From the NCBI RefSeq assembly GCF_001735745.1, contig NZ_CP017260.1:660001-692000 (forward strand): DNA of 32,000 bases, read 5' to 3'. Both the position numbers and the translations under genes were made by a program. This stretch comes from Formosa sp. Hel1_33_131 (GTDB lineage: Bacteria > Bacteroidota > Bacteroidia > Flavobacteriales > Flavobacteriaceae). Positions 14,476 through 22,959 of the stretch are shown piece by piece. The notes below the pieces were generated by a model. It saw only the letters and a list, made by a program, of their open reading frames with translations. It had not been told where the DNA came from and made no database searches. How positions within the stretch are numbered: the first letter of the stretch is position 1; each line of letters opens with the position of its first letter.

Positions 14476-15681
14476 TTATGCAGTTTTAACTTTAAGACGT
14501 TTCATTCGTTTTTTGACATTTCCTTGAACCACATAATGATCAATGGTTGGTGCAAATACATTCATCAGAAGAATCGCTAAAAAGACCCCTTCTGGATAGG
14601 CTGGATTAAACACACGAATCATGATGGAGATGAATCCAATTAAAAATCCGTAAATCCATTTTCCTTTGTTGGTTTGTGCAGCTGTTACAGGATCTGTTGC
14701 CATAAACACAGCTCCAAATAAGATACTTCCGATAATTAAATGTTGCCAGAAAGGCACATTCATTAGTCCATAAAATTTGCTTGAAGAACCAATCCAACCC
14801 GCATCCACGACACCGTTAAATATAAGTCCCATTGAAAGCGCTCCAATAAGCGTACTTACGATGATTCTCCAACTTCCAATTTTTGTAAATATCAAGAATA
14901 GTGCGCCAAGAATAATCAATAATTTAGACGTTTCTCCGACAGAGCCCGGAATGATTCCCCAGAACATATCCCAATAATCATAGATTACCGTGTTGTTTTG
15001 AGCATAGCTTCCTAAGATGGTTTCTCCTGAAATGGCATCTGCTGTACCAGAACGTTCAACAGCGCCGTGTACCCAAACTTTATCACCACTCATCCAAGTT
15101 GGATAAGCAAAGAATAAAAAGGCACGAATGGTCAGTGCAGGATTCAGAATATTCATTCCTGTTCCTCCAAAGACTTCTTTTCCAATGACCACACCAAAAG
15201 CGACAGCAACGGCAAGCATCCAAAGTGGTAAATCAATAGGGACAATAAGTGGCACTAACATACCTGTAACTAGGTAGCCTTCTTCCACTTCATGTCCTTT
15301 AACAATGGCAAACACGAATTCAATAGCCAATCCAACGCCGTAAGACACGACCACTAAAGGCAATACTTTCCACATTCCAATGACTAAATTGCTCCAAGTC
15401 CAAAACGATCCGCCTAAAAACCCTTGAGCGGACTCAATAGTTCCCAACGCCAAATGGTGTTGGTAGCCTGCGTTGAACATTCCGAAAATCAAACAAGGCA
15501 CCATGGCCATAATAACGGTATTCATGGTACGCTTTAAATCATCGGCAGCTTTAATGTGTGTTCCGTTGTGCGTGGTTTCGTTTGGTAAATATAAAAAAGT
15601 ATGCAAGGCATTAAAGGCGGGAGCCATTTTTGTGCCTCTATACTTTTCTTTAATAGTGTGTAATTTATTTTTAAAACTCAT
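14476..15681 (-). CDS. nqrB: Na+-translocating NADH:quinone oxidoreductase subunit B
   Basis: 401 aa polytopic membrane protein of the NqrB/RnfD family. The candidate flavinylation site reads DAISGET. Operon position agrees. Confidence 0.93.
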   Translation of the reverse strand: MSFKNKLHTIKEKYRGTKMAPAFNALHTFLYLPNETTHNGTHIKAADDLKRTMNTVIMAMVPCLIFGMFNAGYQHHLALGTIESAQGFLGGSFWTWSNLVIGMWKVLPLVVVSYGVGLAIEFVFAIVKGHEVEEGYLVTGMLVPLIVPIDLPLWMLAVAVAFGVVIGKEVFGGTGMNILNPALTIRAFLFFAYPTWMSGDKVWVHGAVERSGTADAISGETILGSYAQNNTVIYDYWDMFWGIIPGSVGETSKLLIILGALFLIFTKIGSWRIIVSTLIGALSMGLIFNGVVDAGWIGSSSKFYGLMNVPFWQHLIIGSILFGAVFMATDPVTAAQTNKGKWIYGFLIGFISIMIRVFNPAYPEGVFLAILLMNVFAPTIDHYVVQGNVKKRMKRLKVKTA

Positions 15682-15683
15682 CT

Positions 15684-17039
15684 TTATCCTATTTCTTTAA
15701 GCATTAAGTCCAATCCTTCTCTAATAATTTTTTGATGTGGTTGTTTAGACACACATACAAATTCAGTCAACGCAAAATCTTCCGGAGCGACTTCATACAT
15801 TCCAAGGGCTTCCATTTCGTCTAGATCTTGGTACATACACGCTTTTAAAATTTGCATTGGAAAAATATCTAACGGGAATACTTCTTCATAAGTTCCTGTC
15901 AGAACAAAAGCCCTGTGCTCTCCGTTGGTATTGGTATTTAAATCGAATTTTTTATTTGGAGTCATCCATGAAAAGGTCAAAGCTCTTGATGTAGATACTT
16001 TGTCAAATACAGGCTTGTTCCATCCAAAAAACTCATAATCATCTCCTTCAGGAATGACGGTCACTACGTTTGAGTAGTATCCTAAATAACCATCTGGTTT
16101 TATTTCTTTTCCACTTAAAACGTTGCCCGATATAATTCGAACATTCGCATCTTTTTCAATCCCACGGTCATAAACCATCGTTGCAATTTCACTCCCGATT
16201 TTGGTGACTAAATAGCGAGGCTCTTTGATGCCCGATCCAGCAAGTGCCACAATACGTTCGGCATTAAATTTACCTGTTAAAAGCAATTCGCCAATAATAA
16301 CTAAATCTTGAGGTGTCACGGTCCAAACCACTTCTCCTTTATTAATAGGATCAATTTTATTGATAAGCGTTCCGACATTTCCAGAAGGATGTGGCCCAGA
16401 AACATTGTGTGTCACAACATCTTCTAAATTCGTGAACGGTGAATGTGAATCTTTTGAAACACTGACATGAATACTGCCAGTTGTTAATTTTGATAACGCA
16501 GTAACCGCCGCTTGTAATTCTGCTTGCTTGCCCGTTAATACAAAATCATAATCCGCTGCTAAAGGCGCAGAGGCATAAGCAGAAACAAAAATTCCTTTCG
16601 GTGTGTTCTCTGGATTTGCAATCACGTCATAGGGACGTTGCATGATAAATGGCCAGCATCCAGAAGCCAATAATTTAGCCTTGACCTCATCAGCCTTGGC
16701 ACTTTCAACTTCTAGTTTTTGGTGGTCCAAAAACGTTTGGGCTTTATCTGCTTGTATTTTGATTTCTAAAATACGACGTTTTTCTCCTCTTAATATCTCA
16801 ACAATTTCTCCTGAAACAGGCGAAACAAATTGAATAGACTCGTTGGATTTGTCATAAAAAATAGGCTCACCAGCTTGGACTTTAGCGCCCGCTTTTACTA
16901 ATAATTTAGGTGTGAGTCCGTGAAAATCTTCAGGTTTGATACTGTAAAAGTTACTTTTGATGGCGTCACTTTTTGTCAAGGCTGCCTCCCCTACTAACTT
17001 AATATCTAACCCTTTTTTAATTCGGATGTCGTTTGACAT
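15684..17039 (-). CDS. nqrA: Na+-translocating NADH:quinone oxidoreductase subunit A
   Basis: 451 aa soluble subunit and first gene of the nqrABCDEF order. The N-terminus IKKGLDIKLVGEA is typical of NqrA. Confidence 0.93.
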   Translation of the reverse strand: MSNDIRIKKGLDIKLVGEAALTKSDAIKSNFYSIKPEDFHGLTPKLLVKAGAKVQAGEPIFYDKSNESIQFVSPVSGEIVEILRGEKRRILEIKIQADKAQTFLDHQKLEVESAKADEVKAKLLASGCWPFIMQRPYDVIANPENTPKGIFVSAYASAPLAADYDFVLTGKQAELQAAVTALSKLTTGSIHVSVSKDSHSPFTNLEDVVTHNVSGPHPSGNVGTLINKIDPINKGEVVWTVTPQDLVIIGELLLTGKFNAERIVALAGSGIKEPRYLVTKIGSEIATMVYDRGIEKDANVRIISGNVLSGKEIKPDGYLGYYSNVVTVIPEGDDYEFFGWNKPVFDKVSTSRALTFSWMTPNKKFDLNTNTNGEHRAFVLTGTYEEVFPLDIFPMQILKACMYQDLDEMEALGMYEVAPEDFALTEFVCVSKQPHQKIIREGLDLMLKEIG

Positions 17040-17076
17040 AGGTATTTTCTGTTGAATTATTATCTAAAAAACGCTG

Positions 17077-17092
17077 CAAAATTACAAATTTA
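17077..17092 (-). promoter_or_regulatory. Two adjacent candidate -7 boxes (TAATTTTG and TAAATTTG on the minus strand) upstream of nqrA
   Basis: Plus-strand CAAAATTA (17077-17084) and CAAATTTA (17085-17092) are reverse complements of TAnnTTTG. They lie 38-53 nt upstream of the nqrA ATG. No -33 match was seen. Confidence 0.3.
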
Positions 17093-17197
17093 ATGCGCAG
17101 TTTCCATAATATTTACTGACATTTTTTTAATAAAAGTCTGCAATTTATTTTAGGCATAAAATTTGTTTATATTTACCTACTATTTTATAAAATTCAC

Positions 17198-18439
17198 ATG
17201 CTTAAACATCTATACATTCCATTTATTTTACTAGTATCATTTACTGGCTTTTCTCAAGTAGAAGAAGTTGAGCCTGATGACCTTATCAAAACGATTACTT
17301 TTAAAAGCAATACGAATCAATCGGAGTTGCCGATTTTGACCCTTAATGAGCGTCTGTATTTAGAATTTGACGTGCTTAGCCCAGATGAGGACGATTATTA
17401 TTATGTCATTGAACATTATAATTACGATTGGACTAAATCCAACCTAATGAAGTCCGAGTATCTTAAGGGTCTCGATAATTTACGGATTGTCAATTATGAA
17501 AATTCTTTTAATACCTATCAGATTTATTCTAATTACTGGCTCCAAATTCCCAACAAACAAACGCGACTCAAAGTAACCGGAAATTATTTGATTAAAATTT
17601 TTGATGAAGATGATGAAATTGTTTTTAGTCGTAAGTTTATGGTTTATGAAAATCTGGCCAATGTGGGCGTACAGCTTAAACGCTCTCGAGATGTTAGGGA
17701 CGTAAATACGAAACAATCGGTTGATTTTGTGATAAATACGACCAACTTCAGTTTTAACAACCCCAAACAAACCGTCAACACCGTCATACTTCAAAACAAC
17801 AATTTAAAAACAGCAATTTCAGGTCTGAAACCTCAATATATTCTAGGCAATGAATTGATATACCGCTACACGACTGAATCCTCTTTTTGGGGCGGAAATG
17901 AGTATTTATATTTTGAAACTAAAGATGTCAGAGGGACTAATTTAGGCGTGCAGTTTACCGATTTGGAAGACTTATATCACAGTTTTTTATATTTAGACGG
18001 CAATCGTTATAACAGAGGTTATACCTACAATCCTGACATCAATGGAAATTTTCAAATTACTATTTTAGATCGTGACAACCCATCTATTGAGGCCGATTAT
18101 ACGGTGGTTCATTTTTCGCTGCTAAATCCAGAATTGTCAAATGAATCCATCTACGTGTATGGAGCCTATAACAATTATACCATAAACGCCTCAAATGAGA
18201 TGGTTTTCAACCCAGACAGCGGGGTTTATGAAATCGATATAAAACTCAAACAAGGATTTTATAACTATAAATACGTTCTTGTAAATGCGCAAGGAGAATT
18301 AGAGGAAGGCGTGATTAGCGGTGATTTTTATGAAACCGAAAACAATTATAAAGTACTCGTTTATTATAGAGATTTGGGCGCACGTTACGACCGCATTGTA
18401 GGTTTTGGAGAAGGCAGCTCCACACAAATTGGCAACTAG
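17198..18439 (+). CDS. DUF5103-type protein (family linked to the type IX secretion 'plug' protein), secreted
   Basis: 413 aa with an N-terminal signal peptide. The block DDYYYVIEHYNYDWTKSNLMKSEYLKG ... YSNYWLQIPN ... VTGNYLIKIF matches my recollection of DUF5103. No search was run. Confidence 0.5.
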   Translation: MLKHLYIPFILLVSFTGFSQVEEVEPDDLIKTITFKSNTNQSELPILTLNERLYLEFDVLSPDEDDYYYVIEHYNYDWTKSNLMKSEYLKGLDNLRIVNYENSFNTYQIYSNYWLQIPNKQTRLKVTGNYLIKIFDEDDEIVFSRKFMVYENLANVGVQLKRSRDVRDVNTKQSVDFVINTTNFSFNNPKQTVNTVILQNNNLKTAISGLKPQYILGNELIYRYTTESSFWGGNEYLYFETKDVRGTNLGVQFTDLEDLYHSFLYLDGNRYNRGYTYNPDINGNFQITILDRDNPSIEADYTVVHFSLLNPELSNESIYVYGAYNNYTINASNEMVFNPDSGVYEIDIKLKQGFYNYKYVLVNAQGELEEGVISGDFYETENNYKVLVYYRDLGARYDRIVGFGEGSSTQIGN

Positions 18440-18456
18440 GGCGTTTTTAACTTTTA

Positions 18457-18478
18457 TAAGTTGACATCAACTTTTATC
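18457..18478 (+). terminator. Weak candidate intrinsic terminator after the DUF5103 gene
   Basis: AAGTTG-ACAT-CAACTT hairpin (18459-18474) running into TTTTAT. The stem is short and AT-rich. Confidence 0.3.
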
Positions 18479-18552
18479 GGGCTTAGAAAATATATCACAG
18501 CTTTTGATGAAATAATTTTTTAGTTTGACTAAATTTAGTATTTTTATACGCT

Positions 18553-18939
18553 ATGATAGAACAAATCACCAAAGGCATAAAAATTTCGATTGAAACTGAG
18601 TTTGAAGGAACCTTCTACAAAGAGGAATGTATTCATTATGCGTTTAGCTATGAAATCATGATTGAAAATCAGAGTCATGAGATCGCCCAACTGATCGCAA
18701 GAAAATGGACTATCATGGAAGCCCTGAATGAAAATGAAGTCGTCACCGGCGAAGGCGTTGTTGGCGAAAAACCCATTCTTCTTCCTGGCGATCGCCATAA
18801 CTACACTTCTGGATGTGTTTTAAAATCGCCCTTTGGTGCTATGAAAGGCAGCTATTTAATGGTGAACCCTTCCAACTCAAAACAGTTCAAAGTGACCATT
18901 CCAACTTTTAAATTAAGTGCCTCATTTGCACAAAATTAA
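18553..18939 (+). CDS. apaG: ApaG (DUF525) protein
   Basis: 128 aa with the ApaG-typical pattern: I.I.V...F......Y.F.Y.I.I.N, W.I......V.GEGVVGE.P.L.PG..H.YTSG, G.M.G.Y.M. Confidence 0.85.
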   Translation: MIEQITKGIKISIETEFEGTFYKEECIHYAFSYEIMIENQSHEIAQLIARKWTIMEALNENEVVTGEGVVGEKPILLPGDRHNYTSGCVLKSPFGAMKGSYLMVNPSNSKQFKVTIPTFKLSASFAQN

Positions 18940-18967
18940 ACTGTATTTAAAACTCAAACACCGACTA

Positions 18968-18989
18968 TAAAGTGTAGTTTTACACTTTA
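18968..18989 (+). promoter_or_regulatory. Hairpin between apaG and pruA (possible terminator or regulatory stem)
   Basis: TAAAGTGTA-GTTT-TACACTTTA forms a 9-bp stem. It is not followed by a T-run. Confidence 0.25.
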
Positions 18990-19028
18990 AATACACACAA
19001 GAAAACACACACTAAAAAAACAAACATC

Positions 19029-20657
19029 ATGGGAAAAGGATTTTTTAAGGCTCCAGTTGCAATAAACGAACCCGTCAAATCATACAAACCAGGTTCTCCT
19101 GAACGTGAAGAAGTACTCGCAACTTATAAAGCAATGCTAAAGGAAACTTTAGAAGTGCCTATGTATATAAACGGGAAAGATGTCAAATCTGGAAATACCC
19201 AGACCATGAGTCCTCCACACGATCACCAACACATTTTAGGGTCGTATCATACTGCTGAAAAAGCACATGTAGAAACAGCAATCGCGACCGCTTTGGAAGC
19301 GCGAAAGTCTTGGTCGCAATTGCCTTGGGAACAACGTGCAGGGATTTTTCTTCGTGCTGCTGAATTGATTGCAGGGCCTTACCGAGCAAAAATCAACGCG
19401 TCCACAATGATTGGGCAGTCGAAAACAGTTTTTCAAGCAGAGATTGATGCCGCTTGTGAATTTATCGATTTTTTAAGATTCAACGTTCAGTTTATGATCG
19501 ATATTTATAAGGACCAACCACAAAGTACAAGTGACGCATGGAACCGCATCGAGTACCGTCCTTTAGAAGGATTTACGTATGCTGTATCGCCATTTAACTT
19601 TACATCCATCGCAGGGAATCTTCCAGCGTGTATGGCTCTGATGGGGAATGTAGTGGTTTGGAAACCGAGTGATAGCCAAGCCTATTCTGCAAAGGTTATT
19701 ATGGATGTTTTTGAAGAAGCTGGTGTGCCTCCAGGAGTTATTAATGTGGTTTTTGGAGATCCGGTTATGATTACTGATACTGTTTTGGCAAGTCCTGATT
19801 TTTCTGGACTTCACTTTACGGGTTCGACTCATATATTTAAAGAACTTTGGAAACAAATTGGGAATAATATTAATAATTATAAAACCTATCCGCGTATTGT
19901 TGGGGAAACAGGTGGTAAAGATTTTATCGTTGCCCACCCTTCGGCGAATGCTAAGCAGGTTGCCACTGGAATGCTGCGAGGCGCTTTTGAATTTCAAGGG
20001 CAAAAATGCAGTGCTGCTTCTAGATCTTATATTCCACAGAGTTTGTGGCCGGAAATTAAAGCCTTTATGATTGCCGAAATGAAAACCTTTAAAATGGGAT
20101 CTCCTGATGATTTAAGCAATTTTATTACGGCGGTGATTCACGAAGGTTCATTTGACAAACTTGCAGGTTTTATTGACCGTGCAAAAGAAGATTCTGATGC
20201 CACTATAATTGCTGGAGGAAACTACGACAAGAGTAAAGGGTACTTTATTGAACCAACGCTTATTGAAACGACCAACCCTAAGTATGCCACCATGAGTACC
20301 GAATTATTTGGTCCTGTAATGACGGTTTATGTGTATGAAGACGACGCTTTTGAAGCGACTTTAAAATTAGTGGATGAAACTAGCGAATATGCCCTCACCG
20401 GTGCGATCTTTTCAACTGACCGATACGCAGCTACTTTAGCAACTAAGCTGCTAGAAAATGCCGCAGGAAACTTTTATATAAATGACAAGCCTTCGGGTGC
20501 TGTTGTTGGACAACAACCTTTTGGAGGCGCTCGTGCTTCTGGAACCAACGACAAAGCAGGATCTGCTCAGAATTTATTACGTTGGATTTCACCACGAATG
20601 ATCAAAGAAACATTTGTGACACCAACCGACTATCGTTATCCTTTTTTAGGAGAATAA
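19029..20657 (+). CDS. pruA: L-glutamate gamma-semialdehyde (1-pyrroline-5-carboxylate) dehydrogenase
   Basis: 542 aa aldehyde dehydrogenase family protein. It carries the VGETGGKD Glu motif, the catalytic Cys in FQGQKCSAASR, and a PruA-type length and termini. Confidence 0.9.
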   Translation: MGKGFFKAPVAINEPVKSYKPGSPEREEVLATYKAMLKETLEVPMYINGKDVKSGNTQTMSPPHDHQHILGSYHTAEKAHVETAIATALEARKSWSQLPWEQRAGIFLRAAELIAGPYRAKINASTMIGQSKTVFQAEIDAACEFIDFLRFNVQFMIDIYKDQPQSTSDAWNRIEYRPLEGFTYAVSPFNFTSIAGNLPACMALMGNVVVWKPSDSQAYSAKVIMDVFEEAGVPPGVINVVFGDPVMITDTVLASPDFSGLHFTGSTHIFKELWKQIGNNINNYKTYPRIVGETGGKDFIVAHPSANAKQVATGMLRGAFEFQGQKCSAASRSYIPQSLWPEIKAFMIAEMKTFKMGSPDDLSNFITAVIHEGSFDKLAGFIDRAKEDSDATIIAGGNYDKSKGYFIEPTLIETTNPKYATMSTELFGPVMTVYVYEDDAFEATLKLVDETSEYALTGAIFSTDRYAATLATKLLENAAGNFYINDKPSGAVVGQQPFGGARASGTNDKAGSAQNLLRWISPRMIKETFVTPTDYRYPFLGE

Positions 20658-20701
20658 TTAATTAATTTCAATTAAAGAGGCTGTCTAAAAAGACGTTGCT
20701 T

Positions 20702-20781
20702 TGTCAATCTGAACCTGACTACCGTCTGGAAGTCCTGCCTCTCGGCAGACCAGCCTACCGTCAGGCAGGTTCAGAATGACA
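20702..20781. repeat. About 80-bp palindromic intergenic element (REP/MITE-like) with 16-bp terminal inverted repeats
   Basis: TGTCAATCTGAACCTG (20702-20717) against CAGGTTCAGAATGACA (20766-20781) pairs at 15 of 16 positions. They flank a 48-bp GC-rich core containing a CTGCC-TCTC-GGCAG hairpin. The right end carries the TTCAGAATGACA core seen at two other sites. Confidence 0.65.
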
Positions 20782-20806
20782 GAAATTGTACTTTAAAATA
20801 AAACAT

Positions 20807-20840
20807 AAAAAGGGGCTGTCTTTTAAGACAGCCCCTTTTT
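20807..20840. terminator. Bidirectional rho-independent terminator between convergent pruA and the lipoprotein gene
   Basis: AAAAA-GGGGCTGTCTT-TT-AAGACAGCCCC-TTTTT forms a GC-rich stem of about 10-11 bp. It is flanked by an A-run and a T-run, so it can function on both strands. Confidence 0.85.
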
Positions 20841-20874
20841 AGCATTTAATACTTTTAGATTTTGATTGCACTAA

Positions 20875-22251
20875 TTAATCAAAAGCTTGAGTTCCTCCTA
20901 CATGTACTTCTTGCACGTTGTAAATATCGTAGTGTGGAGAATCTGTATGGGTTGCCCCAAAGTAATCAGTAAAGGTTTTAGTGTAGGTGTTTCTTACATA
21001 CACAATAACCTTGAGTTCATTGGTATCATCTATATTAGTTGGCAAATCAAGTCCTGTAATGGTTCGTGTAAAAACGCCGCCTGCTGTTGTGCTAGAACTC
21101 ACAATAACGTCTCCTAATTGACCCGTAAAAACTTCTCGTAAAACATCTCTGTGCACATAGTTAGCTCCATCAGAAGAACCCTCTTGCGGAGTAGAAGTTG
21201 TGACGTTGTCTTCCGCTAAATAGATCATTAATTTAATTTCTTCAGAGGGAGTCGATTTGAACCCAACTTTGACCTCTAAATCTAATCTACCTCCTACAAT
21301 AACTGCCTGCACTGCCAAACCAACAGTTGCATCCTCCGCCAATTCTGCATTGACTTGTGCCATATTTGGGAAATTCCATCTCGTATCCGGCCCATTAACA
21401 TAAAGCGTTGGAAATCCAGTGACATTATAGTAGTCTGACCAGTAAGCTGTTTCTGGAATTTCCATGGGTTCTTGAGTACTTGAACTACTTGCGTGATAGC
21501 CAACTCCGAATATATTTGAATTTCCATTTACAGCGTTTGTGACTGCCGCACCCGCAGGTGGACATTGTGAACACCATGTTCCTGTAAAATCTTCTAAAAG
21601 TGCTTTTTTAGTAAATGTAGTAGGAGCTCCGGTAGCAGAAAAAGAATTCGTATCACTATAAGGAGATGAAGGTTGAATAACAAAACTTACCGCATTAGAC
21701 GTTAACCCTTCAAAAGTTGCTATAAAATCGTATGTACCGTTTACCGTAAATGGGTACGGATTGGTGGTCGTAACCGTTCCATTTACTGTCACTTCTGCCT
21801 CTGATGTAACTGTATTATTAAAGTTGTCTTTGACCACAAAAGTTGCTGATTCTCCGTTAAGATAATAGTTCTGATCAAAACTTAGAACAATACTCGTCGG
21901 AGCTTCATCCACCACTGTAACTGTTATTTCATTAGAAGTTAAGTCTTTATAATTAGCTACCACTTTGAACGTTCCTTCTGAACTAAGTAAGATAGGATTC
22001 GTAGCAGCAACGCCGTCTAGTTTAAAAGTGGATTGACTGGACAAATCTTCATCTGAATTGCCTTTAACGACAAATACGACCTGAGAGCCCGTGTTGACAT
22101 CGGTAACAACCGTTGATAAAGTGATGGAAGTTACTGGATCGACACCAGTTCCGCCGCCGCCGCCATTGTCGCCGCCCTTATCATCGCTTTTAGAACAACT
22201 AAATACTAAAAATCCGATGAGGATAAATTTTAAAAAAATAAGTTTTTTCAT
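20875..22251 (-). CDS. Surface or periplasmic lipoprotein with two tandem Ig-like repeats and a C-terminal Omp28-related, thioredoxin-like domain carrying CxxC
   Basis: 458 aa. It has a lipobox (LVFSC) and a Gly-rich linker. Two repeats of about 80 aa are related (PVTSITLS...TFKVVANYKDLTSNEITVTV against APTSIVLS...TYDFIATFEGLTSNAVSFVI). The redox motif is EDFTGTWCSQCPP. Confidence 0.6.
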   Translation of the reverse strand: MKKLIFLKFILIGFLVFSCSKSDDKGGDNGGGGGTGVDPVTSITLSTVVTDVNTGSQVVFVVKGNSDEDLSSQSTFKLDGVAATNPILLSSEGTFKVVANYKDLTSNEITVTVVDEAPTSIVLSFDQNYYLNGESATFVVKDNFNNTVTSEAEVTVNGTVTTTNPYPFTVNGTYDFIATFEGLTSNAVSFVIQPSSPYSDTNSFSATGAPTTFTKKALLEDFTGTWCSQCPPAGAAVTNAVNGNSNIFGVGYHASSSSTQEPMEIPETAYWSDYYNVTGFPTLYVNGPDTRWNFPNMAQVNAELAEDATVGLAVQAVIVGGRLDLEVKVGFKSTPSEEIKLMIYLAEDNVTTSTPQEGSSDGANYVHRDVLREVFTGQLGDVIVSSSTTAGGVFTRTITGLDLPTNIDDTNELKVIVYVRNTYTKTFTDYFGATHTDSPHYDIYNVQEVHVGGTQAFD

Positions 22252-22376
22252 AACGTTATGTTAAATTAATAATTAAATAGATTTTTTTGTTAACACAATA
22301 TTATGAAAAAAATCATTAAAACTAAGGAGTTTTAACAAAATAATGATAAGTTTGTGCTGAATATAAAAAAATTGTT

Positions 22377-22859
22377 ATGAAAAAAATTATATATATTTTA
22401 GTATTTAGTTTAAACTTCGCTCTTTTCGCACAAGAACAATTACCCAACACAACTCTTAAAACACTTTCAGGCTCCAACACAACCCTCACTGAAATTGCAG
22501 AAGACAATGACCTTATCGTTGTTTCTCTATGGGCCACATGGTGTGTTCCCTGTAAAAACGAATTAGATGCCGTTGCAGATGTTTATGATGATTGGGTTTC
22601 AGAAACAGGCGTAAAATACTACGCAGTTTCTATTGACGATTCCAGAACTGCCAAACGGGTAAAACCAATGATTAATGGTAAAGGTTGGGAGTTTGAAATT
22701 TTACTTGATGAAAACAGTGATTTAAAACGTGCCTTTGGAGTCAGTACAGTTCCTTACACAATTATCGTTAAGTCAGGTGAAATTGTTTACAAACACACTG
22801 GTTATACCCCAGGCTATGAAGATGAACTTTACGATCAAATCGTAGCTTTTAAAAATTAA
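22377..22859 (+). CDS. TlpA-family periplasmic thiol:disulfide oxidoreductase (thioredoxin fold)
   Basis: 160 aa with a signal peptide (ALFA/QEQ), the WATWCVPCKNEL active site, and VPYTIIV containing the cis-Pro. Confidence 0.85.
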   Translation: MKKIIYILVFSLNFALFAQEQLPNTTLKTLSGSNTTLTEIAEDNDLIVVSLWATWCVPCKNELDAVADVYDDWVSETGVKYYAVSIDDSRTAKRVKPMINGKGWEFEILLDENSDLKRAFGVSTVPYTIIVKSGEIVYKHTGYTPGYEDELYDQIVAFKN

Positions 22860-22959
22860 TTTTTAGAATTTACCCGAATACGCTACAAAACGAAAAAATG
22901 CTTTGATAGCCTTTCAAAATTAATATCATATTCTATCTAAATTTATAAAACGTATTAAA

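Noticed and set aside
19183-20070. Track ORFs within pruA (19183-19389, 19236-19436, 19563-20003 on the minus strand, and 19858-20070 on the plus strand)
   Set aside because: They are nested in a well-supported aldehyde dehydrogenase gene. Their Arg/Ser-rich, low-complexity translations are typical of off-frame reads.
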